Assembly: GCA_001788955.1 (NCBI GenBank)
Contig: MFXT01000026.1
Location: forward strand, 53,877 to 117,876
Length of the DNA: 64,000 nucleotides
DNA from: Candidatus Peribacteria bacterium RIFCSPHIGHO2_02_FULL_49_16
GTDB lineage: Bacteria > Patescibacteriota > Gracilibacteria > Peribacterales > Peribacteraceae
Direction of reading: 5' to 3'
In this document: in pieces, positions 55,367 to 64,000 of the stretch
Layout of the letters: each line of letters opens with the position of its first letter
Position numbering within the stretch: the first letter of the stretch is position 1
The notes under the pieces: model-generated
Told to the model about the DNA's origin: nothing
Seen by the model: only the letters and a program-made list of their open reading frames with translations
Database searches by the model: none
Position numbers and translations under genes: made by a program

Positions 55367-55873
55367 ATGAGTCCAGAGAACCTCCCCAAAAAAGGACTGG
55401 CCAAATCGCTTCCTTCAAAGGAGCCAGAGGAAGTTCGTGTATCGCAACCGGGTCAACAGGCAAAGCTGGAACAGCTTCTTACAGCGATCAACTCCATTAC
55501 CCTGCCATCAGAAACTGTCAGTGAAGATATCTCGAGTGATCTTGGCAGTGGCAACAGTAGTCAGGTAAGCCAAAGCAAAACAGATGACGCGCAAAAATTC
55601 ATCAATCGGGAGGAGGCCATTGCTCATATCCCTTCACAGGAACTGATGCAAATGCAGCTCAAAAAACATATCGAGAAAGAGGTAAAAGAGCTGCGCAGAG
55701 AGGCACACCATCTTGTCATCAGCCGAAAGCCCGGTGCTGCAGACAAACTGAACAAACTCTATGCACGCATTCGTAATCTCAACGGACTCCTCGCCCAGCT
55801 CCTCATATCATCCTACGAAATGGTCAAACGCTTTTTCATCAAAGTCTTCATAGACAAACAACCCATCCTTTAA
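55367..55873 (+). CDS. Hypothetical protein
   Basis: 168-aa ORF filling the gap; disordered N-terminus, helical C-terminus. Confidence 0.7.
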   Translation: MSPENLPKKGLAKSLPSKEPEEVRVSQPGQQAKLEQLLTAINSITLPSETVSEDISSDLGSGNSSQVSQSKTDDAQKFINREEAIAHIPSQELMQMQLKKHIEKEVKELRREAHHLVISRKPGAADKLNKLYARIRNLNGLLAQLLISSYEMVKRFFIKVFIDKQPIL

Positions 55874-55900
55874 GATCCTTCTCCCTACGGGGTGAGAGTA

Positions 55901-56152
55901 CTATTTCTTTCCCTTTTTCCCTCTTTCCAAAACACTCGTTTTTTCGATTTGCCCCATAACCCACTCCAAGATGACATCCACCATGCTTAAAGGCTTTAGA
56001 ATCACTGCCTCTACTTCTGCCGTAAGACCCTCAATGCGTCGCATCACCTTACGTAAGTTCACCACAACAAATAAGACATGATACAAGATCACGATAATAA
56101 GAATCCCCACAACGACATACACACTCATTAATAAATCAGAAACTTCCATCAT
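55901..56152 (-). CDS. Small membrane-anchored protein (DUF948-like)
   Basis: N-terminal TM helix followed by an amphipathic helix and a basic tail. Confidence 0.6.
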   Translation of the reverse strand: MMEVSDLLMSVYVVVGILIIVILYHVLFVVVNLRKVMRRIEGLTAEVEAVILKPLSMVDVILEWVMGQIEKTSVLERGKKGKK

Positions 56153-56182
56153 GATGGAATGAGCGTATCTTTTATCTTCTCC

Positions 56183-56464
56183 ATGCGCAATCTCCTACGC
56201 CATATCTCAACCCTTTCTCGCAACCTCATTGTATGCGGGATTTTACTGTACCAAAAAACACTGTCACCCGACCATGGGCCGCTTCGCATACTCTATCCTT
56301 ACGGATATTGCCGCCATCATCCCACATGCTCGCAGTATGGTAAATACATGCTGCAAGAACACGGTTGTATAACCGGCACTTTCTTCATCTTGTGCCGCAT
56401 CCTTTCTTGTCATCCATGGCAGAAAATATCGAAAGAAAAAATGCTCCATGCATCCAATAGATGA
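56183..56464 (+). CDS. yidD: Membrane protein insertion efficiency factor YidD
   Basis: YQKTLSP, CRHHPTCSQYG, G...G......RILSCHPW. Confidence 0.85.
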   Translation: MRNLLRHISTLSRNLIVCGILLYQKTLSPDHGPLRILYPYGYCRHHPTCSQYGKYMLQEHGCITGTFFILCRILSCHPWQKISKEKMLHASNR

Positions 56465-56529
56465 AATGGTACACGGAGATCTCTGTTGAGTTGCACTTCA
56501 AGCAACGATAAACTGGTGAGACCATGTAA

Positions 56530-56604
56530 GCGGGTATAGTACAATGGCTAGTACGCCAGCCTTCCAAGCTGGATATACGGGTTCGATCCCCGTTACCCGC
56601 TCCA
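56530..56604 (+). tRNA. tRNA-Gly(TCC)
   Basis: GCGGGTATAGTACAATGG...CT-TCC-AA...GGTTCGATCCCC...CGCTCCA. Confidence 0.95.
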
Positions 56605-56626
56605 CGAAGTACATGTCCATCATCTA

Positions 56627-57813
56627 GTAAGCGTTCGGTTTTGGGCGCCTTTTTTCTTATGTCTGAAAAAGGTTTGGCAATTTCACTTTTCCTCTGCGGG
56701 TATGTTCAAGAGAATATGTTCCATTTAATTTCTGAAAAGGTTTTCTGCAATCGGTAAACGGTGTGAATCTCTTACGGAGAATCCACGCAGAAAGCCAGCG
56801 TTCTGCTGTGTGGAACGACTCAAAACCTTGAATGGTTTTGAGTCTGCCTTCCAGTTGGCTATTGAAACTTTCGATGATGTTCGTGGTTTTGGGACAGGGA
56901 ACTTTGTACCAGTTTCTGGCATCAACATATGCAGTAAGTTCTGCTGCGTGGGCAAAAATATGGTTCAATGTCGCAATCTTGATTGGATCATCGTAGTGCC
57001 GTGGTGCTCTCCAGCGAATATGACGTTCGAGATTAGCTTTCCCAAGAACAGGAACATGAAAGATGTGTTTCTCGAGATCAGAGACGAAACTCTTAAACGT
57101 TTCGTCGCTGCGCACCTGAAGTTGTTTCCTGATGTTTTCTAAAAAATGTACATGGCAAAGCTGTGTAACGATATTGGGAAACACATAGCGTGCAGCCATG
57201 CGAATGGCTTCGTTGTCATCGCAGGTCACAGCAACAAGCGGATAATCCATGTTCTTGAGTTTCGTGAAGAACTGTATCCATACCTCAAAGCTTTCTGAGT
57301 TGGTAAGAAGGCAGCAGGGAAGATCATGTGTGGTGTAATCCATGCCATACAAAAATGGAATCTTTCTCTCGTACCCTTTGACCTTCACGTACTTTCCATC
57401 CACAACCAAAGCGCCACAGAAGCGTTTTCTGTTGCAGTAGTCATGCGTCACATCGTTGTTATGCGGAAGAAGCTGCAACTCTTCTACGATCCTTGTGTAT
57501 GTTCGATCAAGACTTTTGCCAATACGATGAGCAATGGATCGAATACTCAATCCTTTCAGATGAAGACTGAGAAGAGATTCCGTATCTTTTCTACGAAAAT
57601 CTACATTGAAACGTGTATGGCAATCCTGACAATGAAATCGGTTTATTCCTCTGCGTGTACCCTTTTTCCAGACATGATTGGAGGAACAGGCAGGACAATG
57701 TGGACGACGGCTTTGCGAAGCCCTTTTTTGAACTTTGACATGTTAAATGGGGAGAATGTAGCTAAGACAAGCTACAAAGTACCATTTTTAAGCGCCAAAA
57801 ACCGAACGCTCTC
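56627..57813 (-). mobile_element. Insertion sequence, IS256/Mutator-like, 1187 bp
   Basis: Terminal IRs gtaagcgttcggttttgggcgc and (reverse complement) gagagcgttcggtttttggcgc. 9-bp direct repeat catcatcta at 56618-56626 and 57814-57822. Confidence 0.9.
56657..57741 (-). CDS. DDE transposase with N-terminal zinc ribbon and HTH; needs a -1 shift near the start
   Basis: VDGKY, TCDD, QLCHVH and TTNIIESFN motifs. The same frame extends upstream through CPAC...CQDC with no start codon; ATG 57741 is in another frame, before AAAAAAG. Confidence 0.82.
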
Positions 57814-57819
57814 CATCAT

Positions 57820-58977
57820 CTATATGTGAATGGGTTTTCCATTTTTATACACGCGCATGCCGCGCTTATAAAGCTCCCGGAAGAAGATTTCAGAAGGAAC
57901 ACACTCTTCGGGAGCGGTAACGCCGGTCATCGTAATCTCTCCTCTATGCAACATCGCTGCCATAACGGCAGCCGTACGTCCGGTATCGACGTTCGATCCT
58001 GCACTCCCCCATCCCGGAGTGGTTTTGACCAAACAATCCATCTCCACCCGTTTCGGCTTTCCTTGGGATGTTCCGTAGATCTTCGCCCATATATCCTCCG
58101 TTTCCTTGTACTGTTTTGAACGTGGGATGCGGCGTAAGACATCACTCGTCCAATCGAGCGGAATAATCTTACTTCCCGAAAGGCAAAGCGGTTCCTTGGA
58201 AGCAAATCCCAAATCCAGAAGTGTCTTGATCACCGTATACGAATGTAAAGGAAAGCCGGCTTTGTAATGAACACTCTTCAGACCTTTGCTCACAAAATAT
58301 CGGTGGAACGTGAAAACTTCCGAATGTACGATGCAATAAAGCGATTGACGGCCTACCCCGAGAAAAGACGTCATTCCTTCCAAAGAACAAGCCTGAACTT
58401 CTTCGAAACGACCGTTTTCCAAAACAATCGCCGGCACCGTAAGTTCGTGAATGATGCTCTCGAATGAATACGGGAGTACGAACGTTTTCATATTCGAATC
58501 CCACGCAAAACCAAGATCAATATGATCCACGAGATCGAAGTCCATCACGGCATACGCCACCATCACATTGGCAATTCCGGGCGTGGATCCGCAACCAAGA
58601 AGTGCCGTCAACTTCTTCCTGCGAAACCGGGCGTCGAATGCAAATTGTTTCTTCGTCATTTCATGGAGCCCTCCCAAGTCCAGATAATGCGCATTCGCTC
58701 TCAAGCAGGATTCCATCGCATGGCAATTCCATGTCAGTTCTGCGCAATTGAGGACTATCGCGCTCCCAGACGCACGAATGATTTTTGCTGTCGCCGCAAT
58801 ATTCCGTAAATCGACGGTCGCAAAACGCGCACATTTGTTTTTCAGAAATTTTTTGATCGTGCGGGGTCGGCGGCCACAGAGAAGCACACGATATCCCGCT
58901 TCCAAAAGGTCGCGGGATGCAATGGATCCCTGTTCTCCCGTGGCGCCGATGACAACAAAATCGAATGTCATATTCAA
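57820..58977 (-). CDS. Saccharopine dehydrogenase-family oxidoreductase (lysine 6-dehydrogenase-like), copy 2
   Basis: IGATGEQG, HYLDLGGL, LGCGSTPGIANV, YS, HSE, GVTAPEECVP. Confidence 0.85.
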   Translation of the reverse strand: MNMTFDFVVIGATGEQGSIASRDLLEAGYRVLLCGRRPRTIKKFLKNKCARFATVDLRNIAATAKIIRASGSAIVLNCAELTWNCHAMESCLRANAHYLDLGGLHEMTKKQFAFDARFRRKKLTALLGCGSTPGIANVMVAYAVMDFDLVDHIDLGFAWDSNMKTFVLPYSFESIIHELTVPAIVLENGRFEEVQACSLEGMTSFLGVGRQSLYCIVHSEVFTFHRYFVSKGLKSVHYKAGFPLHSYTVIKTLLDLGFASKEPLCLSGSKIIPLDWTSDVLRRIPRSKQYKETEDIWAKIYGTSQGKPKRVEMDCLVKTTPGWGSAGSNVDTGRTAAVMAAMLHRGEITMTGVTAPEECVPSEIFFRELYKRGMRVYKNGKPIHI

Positions 58978-58980
58978 TGA

Positions 58981-60102
58981 TTAGAATATTTTCCGCCCAT
59001 TTTTCCGTACGGACATTCCCCGATGGGCAAGTTCCTGAAAAAACAGTTCAATCGGCACAATTAATTCCGGAGGAAAGACTCCGGATGTTATCCATTCTCC
59101 TCGTACGACCATCTGCGCCACAATTGACGCAGGCGCCGCCGTATCCTTCTCAATCATCTCTCCCAACGTCGGCACATGGACTTCGAGACGAACAGACGAC
59201 TTCTTTCGATGACGCATTCCTCGCACGATCACTTGAATGATTTCATATTGTTCAAAGGTCTCCGGTATTGATGGAGGCAGTTTTTTGAGGATTGCCATTG
59301 TCGTCTTGAGATTCTTCTCATCGAGCAAACCCACGGAACGAAGAATCTGTATGTTCTCCACCAGAATATCGGGGAATGCGATTTTGAAGAACACGTTCTT
59401 TGCATGCAGAGTCTTTGGAAGCGTCGCCAGCTCCGAGTGGATCGTGTACTGCGGTTTTTGCCAACCGACAGGTGCGGGAAACTTATAAGACTCACGACCG
59501 GACATCGGATCCACAAATGTCATTGTATTATTTTTCCATACCGCAGACGGCCATGAACATTCTTCAAGAAGAGTCTGCAGAGAATAGGAAACAGCGAGAG
59601 GCGATATCTTCCGATACACCGACTGATCAAAAACACCGATGCGGATTTCCACATGATCCACTCTATCGAATTCGCAGGCTCCATACGATGCCAGAATATT
59701 CGTGATTCCCGGAGCAGCACCCATACCCAACACGGCAACAAGATTGGCGCGACGAAATCGCGCATGAAATGCAAATTGTTTGAGCGTGTAATGATAGAGA
59801 CCTCCCAAATCGAGATAGTGTGTTTTGGTCTTAAGGCATGCTCTCATGACTGCTTCATTATATTCGTGATGCACGGCATGGATAACAAGGTCAATGCCGC
59901 GCAATGCTTTGGCGAGCGTTTCTGTTTTTTGCACATCCGCGCGGCGGAAATGCAAATTCTTCGATGCCGGAAATTTCTTCTTCATTGTAGAAAGATGGCG
60001 TCCCATCACCACGATGGAACCATCGAAGGTTTGCAGAAGGTCCGTGACAATCAATTGTCCGATCGCACCGGCCCCAAGAACTCCGATACAGGGCTTCTTC
60101 AT
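58981..60102 (-). CDS. Saccharopine dehydrogenase-family oxidoreductase, copy 1
   Basis: LGAGAIG, HYLDLGGL, LGMGAAPGITNI, YS..TLLEE, HSELATLP, GVFPPE. Confidence 0.85.
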   Translation of the reverse strand: MKKPCIGVLGAGAIGQLIVTDLLQTFDGSIVVMGRHLSTMKKKFPASKNLHFRRADVQKTETLAKALRGIDLVIHAVHHEYNEAVMRACLKTKTHYLDLGGLYHYTLKQFAFHARFRRANLVAVLGMGAAPGITNILASYGACEFDRVDHVEIRIGVFDQSVYRKISPLAVSYSLQTLLEECSWPSAVWKNNTMTFVDPMSGRESYKFPAPVGWQKPQYTIHSELATLPKTLHAKNVFFKIAFPDILVENIQILRSVGLLDEKNLKTTMAILKKLPPSIPETFEQYEIIQVIVRGMRHRKKSSVRLEVHVPTLGEMIEKDTAAPASIVAQMVVRGEWITSGVFPPELIVPIELFFQELAHRGMSVRKNGRKIF

Positions 60103-61613
60103 CAGGCTTTATGGTAAATCGTGGCATGCCATGGTTTTTTGGCAAGACCCGTTTGGTCTACGTAGATGTGTTTGATCTGTGTGCACTCTTCCAATGCATA
60201 CAGCGACAAATCTTTTCCAAAACCACTCTGTTTAAATCCACCATGAGGCATTTCTGATACCAACGCTCCATGTTCGTTTATCCAGACGGTGCCAAATTGG
60301 AGCATATTTGCGCTGCGTATAAGAGTCGTCATGTCTTTTCCCCATACGGATGCAGCAAGTCCATATATGGTGTCATTGGCTTTTTGAAGCGCGTCATCCA
60401 CCTTTTTGTAACGGAAGATGCTCAATACGGGCCCGAATATTTCTTTTTGGCAAAGATCGGATGTGTGCGGAACATCGGTGAAGATTGTCGGCTCCACAAA
60501 AAATCCTTTTGCGCCAAGCCGATTCCCTCCGCACACCAATCGAGCCTTCTTTTTTCCTTCACGAATGAAACGTTCCACACGGTCACGATGAGCAGCCGAA
60601 ACGAGCGGCCCCAGATCCGTTGTATCTTTGGACGGATCACCCATAACCATTTTCTTCACTTCACGAAGAAGAAGTTTGAGGAATGCATCATGCATATCCT
60701 CATGCACATACACGCGCGTGATCGCCGTACAATCCTGTCCAGTATTCCAAAATGCTCCCGCGGTAGCGGCGCGAGCGGCGGCCTCAATATCCGCATCCGG
60801 CAAAATCACCTGCGGCGCTTTCCCCCCAAGTTCCAGATGCACACGTTTCATATTTTTTGTCGCCCGATTCATGAGGATTTTCCCCGTTTCGATGTTTCCG
60901 GTCAGATAAATCATGTTCACATCCCCATGAGAAGCAAGCGCTTCTCCCACTTCCTTGCCGGGTCCCGTCACCACGTTCAGAACTCCTTTTGGAAATCCCG
61001 CCTTCTCTGCAAGTTTTGCGAGTTCCAGCAAAGTTATTGGTGTCAGGGAAGCGGGCTTGATCACTAACGTATTGCCTGCAGCGAGCACGGGGCCGATTTT
61101 CCAGACGGCAATAAGAAGAGGATAATTCCACGGTACGATCGCCCCAATGACTCCGAGCGGTTCGCGGCGAATCCAGCTGGACCCAAGAGGCATGCGACGG
61201 TTCTTCTCCATATAATTCGCATATTCTCCGAATGGCTTTCCTTCGAGGCATCGGGTGGCGCCAGCAAAAAAACGAAGATTATCGATTGCCATCGGAAGAT
61301 CGGACTCCGTCGCATACCGAATAGTTTTTCCGGTGTTGCGCGACTCCAACTCTGCAAAATGCTTCGCATTCTCTTCCAGAAGATCAGCGAGTTTCCAGAG
61401 GAGTGCGCCGCGCTCTCCTCCCGTTGTGAAGCGCCAATCATTCTCAAAAGCCTTACGCGCCGCCTTTACGGCATGATCCACATCTTTTTTTGTGCCGCGC
61501 GGCACTCGTGCAATAACCGATTCATCCGCAGGATTGATGATCGGATCGGTTTTCTTGCTCATGGAAGAAACCCACCGTCCGTCAATGAACATTTGAAGAG
61601 AAAGAGGTTTCAT
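60102..61613 (-). CDS. NAD-dependent aldehyde dehydrogenase (aminobutyraldehyde dehydrogenase-like)
   Basis: PWNYP, KPASLTP, LELGGK (catalytic Glu), NTGQDCTA (catalytic Cys), EIFGPV, EMPHGGFKQSGFGKDLS.Y. Confidence 0.9.
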   Translation of the reverse strand: MKPLSLQMFIDGRWVSSMSKKTDPIINPADESVIARVPRGTKKDVDHAVKAARKAFENDWRFTTGGERGALLWKLADLLEENAKHFAELESRNTGKTIRYATESDLPMAIDNLRFFAGATRCLEGKPFGEYANYMEKNRRMPLGSSWIRREPLGVIGAIVPWNYPLLIAVWKIGPVLAAGNTLVIKPASLTPITLLELAKLAEKAGFPKGVLNVVTGPGKEVGEALASHGDVNMIYLTGNIETGKILMNRATKNMKRVHLELGGKAPQVILPDADIEAAARAATAGAFWNTGQDCTAITRVYVHEDMHDAFLKLLLREVKKMVMGDPSKDTTDLGPLVSAAHRDRVERFIREGKKKARLVCGGNRLGAKGFFVEPTIFTDVPHTSDLCQKEIFGPVLSIFRYKKVDDALQKANDTIYGLAASVWGKDMTTLIRSANMLQFGTVWINEHGALVSEMPHGGFKQSGFGKDLSLYALEECTQIKHIYVDQTGLAKKPWHATIYHKA

Positions 61614-61666
61614 ACCATGTACGTTAGCAACGACACGGAAAACATGCCACTATCGGCAGATCTCTT

Positions 61667-62938
61667 CTACTCCTCAATTACGATCTGTCCTTTCATATCC
61701 TTGTGTCCTGAACCGCAGGGGATGGAACAGAAAAGGTTATGTGCGCCAACGTCATCCGTCGGAACATCGATCATCACCGTCTGACCCGGTGCGACAGGAA
61801 CATTGATCCCGAGACCAGGGACTGTGAAGCCGTGGGTGCCGCTGACACCCGTCACCTGCAACTGCACTTTCTCGCCTTTTTTCACCATGATCACATTCGG
61901 ACTGAACTTCCAGTTTTCAGAGGTGACTTGGATGATACGCGCGTTTTTTTCGACTGTCTGTGGTTGTTGCTCTGGCGGTATTGTGCTCTGCTGACTCGTA
62001 GGACTGCAGGCGGCAAGAGCGACTGCGACAGTGAACGGGAGAAGGAATGTAAGATACTTCACCACCACATTCTGTGCCCGACGACTGAACAGATCAAGTT
62101 CTTCTGGTGAACATTCCACCTGATCTCCATAGAACCGTTCGACGACCGTGGCACAAACGGCAGTTGCGCGGATGCCTGCACGATGACAAAACGCAGCCAT
62201 TGCAGACGTTTCCATCTCGATATTGCGCACGCCGCTCTGATACAACATTCGCACATATTCCTCCTGCTCCACATGACCGAATGATGGAATAAGTGCGCCA
62301 TCAAGGCGTCCCTGTTGCTCGTAAAAATCATCCACACTCATTGTTTTTCCGGTGACGACGGGGATATCACCCGCGCTTTTCAATAGCGCATCAACCAAAC
62401 GTTGATCGAACTGCGTTGGTGTGCGCTGCATCTGTCCAAGAACGACTTCTTCGTACCACGGTTCCAGATTCGCATTCAGCGCTTCTTCAGAAATCACAAC
62501 CGTTCCCAATTTCACTCCTACTCCTCCCGATGTCCCAATACGGATATACTCGGTGTTTTCACATCCTGCATAGTGCAGAAGTTTCGTGATTTCATGGAGC
62601 ATGATAAGAATGGATGGCATACCCATGCCATGAGAAACCGAAATGATCGGCCCTGTTTTGTAGAGAGAAAATCGTTCCGTCTTCCCTATCGCCTCCACGG
62701 AAGAATCAAGAAATAGGCTCTTCGCTGTGATCCGCGCAAAGTTTTCTGCGCGAACAGGACTACCCATCATACAAACAACCTGAACATCACCGAACATCTT
62801 CTGCAAATCCATCGTCGTATCCAACCCAAAATGGTATAGCACATCTTTTTGAAGATTCTTCAGGTGCGGATTGACCTTCCACTGCATCATAGGCTTTCGA
62901 TAATAAGCTCTCTTGCGATTCTTTCGCAATCTCTTCAT
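61667..62938 (-). CDS. Eukaryote-type uridine phosphorylase fused in frame to a cupredoxin lipoprotein domain
   Basis: DVLYHFGL, FGDV, SVSHGMG.PSI.IMLHE..KLL.YA, IRIGTSGG, DFYEQQGRLDGA, GVRNIEME; then KYLTFLLPFTVAVALAAC lipobox and H...FCSIPCGSGHKDM. Confidence 0.85.
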   Translation of the reverse strand: MKRLRKNRKRAYYRKPMMQWKVNPHLKNLQKDVLYHFGLDTTMDLQKMFGDVQVVCMMGSPVRAENFARITAKSLFLDSSVEAIGKTERFSLYKTGPIISVSHGMGMPSILIMLHEITKLLHYAGCENTEYIRIGTSGGVGVKLGTVVISEEALNANLEPWYEEVVLGQMQRTPTQFDQRLVDALLKSAGDIPVVTGKTMSVDDFYEQQGRLDGALIPSFGHVEQEEYVRMLYQSGVRNIEMETSAMAAFCHRAGIRATAVCATVVERFYGDQVECSPEELDLFSRRAQNVVVKYLTFLLPFTVAVALAACSPTSQQSTIPPEQQPQTVEKNARIIQVTSENWKFSPNVIMVKKGEKVQLQVTGVSGTHGFTVPGLGINVPVAPGQTVMIDVPTDDVGAHNLFCSIPCGSGHKDMKGQIVIEE

Positions 62939-62941
62939 AGA

Positions 62942-64000
62942 TTATTTTCTTCCCAATTTCTTCAGAGCCAGTGCGTATCCCGGATGGACAGTGAGCGCAT
63001 TTTCGTAGGAAGCACGGGCATCGGATGCACGGCCAAGTCGTTCATAGGCAACACCGAGGTTATAGTGGAGTTCCGGAATGCCGAAATCCAGCTCGAGCCC
63101 ACGTTCAAGGAGCTCTGTCGCTCGCCGCATATCACCCTGTATGAGCACAAGGGCTCCCAATTGCGAATACCCATGCCCATCACGGGGTTGAAGCTCAATA
63201 TAACGCTCAAAAAACGGAATGGCATCGCCGAATTTCTCCCGTACGACAAGCACGCGGCCAAGGTTAAAGAGCGCCCGCGGATTCTCTTTCACGGCAAGAG
63301 ATTTTCGATAGAGATCCTCTGCTTCAGAAAGTCTTTTCTCCTTCGCTCGAAATCCCGCAAGATTATTGTATGCAAGATGTGAATTACCATAATTGTCAAT
63401 CACATTCTGAAAAAGTTTCTCGCTCGTCTGCCAAACGAGAGATTGCTGATATGTGAGCCACATAAAAAATGGAAGAATCGGCAACATCACAAAGAAAAGA
63501 TATCGCCATCGCTCTATGGCAACTCCTACAAGAATCAAAAGCGCAATGATCGCAAGATATGCATACCGATCAGATGCAAAATAGATATCAAACGACCCGC
63601 TGTCGCTCCCTTTAAGCACATTGGCAAATGAAGGAAGAAGGAGAAGCAAAAAGAGCAACCATACGAACATCCACAATCGATTTTTTTTTCTCTGCATCCA
63701 TGCCCATACCGTGATACCTCCCATCAGCAATACGCCGAGGAGCACGCGCACATTCAAAAGCTCTACGCCATCCGTAAACGGATAGAGAATGGCAAGTTTT
63801 ATGGGAATCAGAAATTTCTGCAGATAAAACGGAACAGAGACAAACGGCAAAAGGGCGATGATCCCGATATCTGTCACCTGTGCCCGTTTTCCAAAAAGTG
63901 CGATGAGAATGAAGATCGTGGAAAGCGCAAAGTAAGGCCATTTCTCTTTTATCATTTTCCGATCAATATAACCGGAAAAGAGCCAATCGGTCAGAAGAAG
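62942..64000 (-). CDS. TMTC-like membrane protein with C-terminal TPR repeats (5' end outside the window)
   Basis: FYLQKFLIP.KL...YP, ASDRYAYL, VWQTSE.LF, then TPR repeats (AYNNLA, ALFNLG, LHYNLG). Confidence 0.82.
   Translation of the reverse strand, partial: LLLTDWLFSGYIDRKMIKEKWPYFALSTIFILIALFGKRAQVTDIGIIALLPFVSVPFYLQKFLIPIKLAILYPFTDGVELLNVRVLLGVLLMGGITVWAWMQRKKNRLWMFVWLLFLLLLLPSFANVLKGSDSGSFDIYFASDRYAYLAIIALLILVGVAIERWRYLFFVMLPILPFFMWLTYQQSLVWQTSEKLFQNVIDNYGNSHLAYNNLAGFRAKEKRLSEAEDLYRKSLAVKENPRALFNLGRVLVVREKFGDAIPFFERYIELQPRDGHGYSQLGALVLIQGDMRRATELLERGLELDFGIPELHYNLGVAYERLGRASDARASYENALTVHPGYALALKKLGRK

Noticed and set aside
37829-56604. All three tRNA-Gly isoacceptors near femX as a dedicated cell-wall tRNA supply
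   Set aside because: All have canonical T-loops (GTTCGA) and D-loop GG, unlike non-proteinogenic staphylococcal tRNA-Gly, and they lie 13 kb or more from femX.
1-64000. Alternative genetic code (TGA=Gly, as in Gracilibacteria/Absconditabacteria)
   Set aside because: Conserved genes are full length under code 11, and several end at TGA in ATGA overlaps with the next gene.

Overview
Chromosomal window from a bacterium using the standard genetic code (TGA is a normal stop). The gene mix points, by inference, to a Patescibacteria/CPR genome of the Peregrinibacteria-Peribacteria type: dispersed PrgI, VirB4-like and VirB2-like pilin genes, an SLH protein, FemX, rplA present and almost no Shine-Dalgarno motifs. 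Housekeeping genes: rpmG, trxB, glutamate dehydrogenase, grpE, argS, fmt, metG, tatD, ruvB, rplK, rplA, dusB, clpC (with a CIRCE box), rpsA and yidD. Larger loci: a murL-murD2 pair (epimerase route to D-Glu), a complete V/A-type ATP synthase operon with a Na+-type K subunit, and a hydrolase-murF-DegT aminotransferase-femX cell-wall operon. There are seven tRNA genes. Accessory DNA sits next to tRNAs: a GC-rich DsrE/SHOCT/DUF302 islet; a GC-rich gene whose C-terminus looks like a DGR variable region (no reverse transcriptase or template repeat in the window); duplicated tRNA 5' ends with small palindromic inserts; and an intact IS256-like element with a 9-bp target duplication and an apparent -1 frameshift. 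Further right are two saccharopine-dehydrogenase-family genes plus an ALDH, and a eukaryote-type uridine phosphorylase fused in frame to a cupredoxin lipoprotein. Two window-wide patterns stand out: degenerate 7-nt tandem repeats embedded in frame in several conserved enzymes, and -10 boxes 6-8 nt upstream of start codons, suggesting pervasive leaderless mRNAs. All family calls come from motif recognition; no database searches were run.
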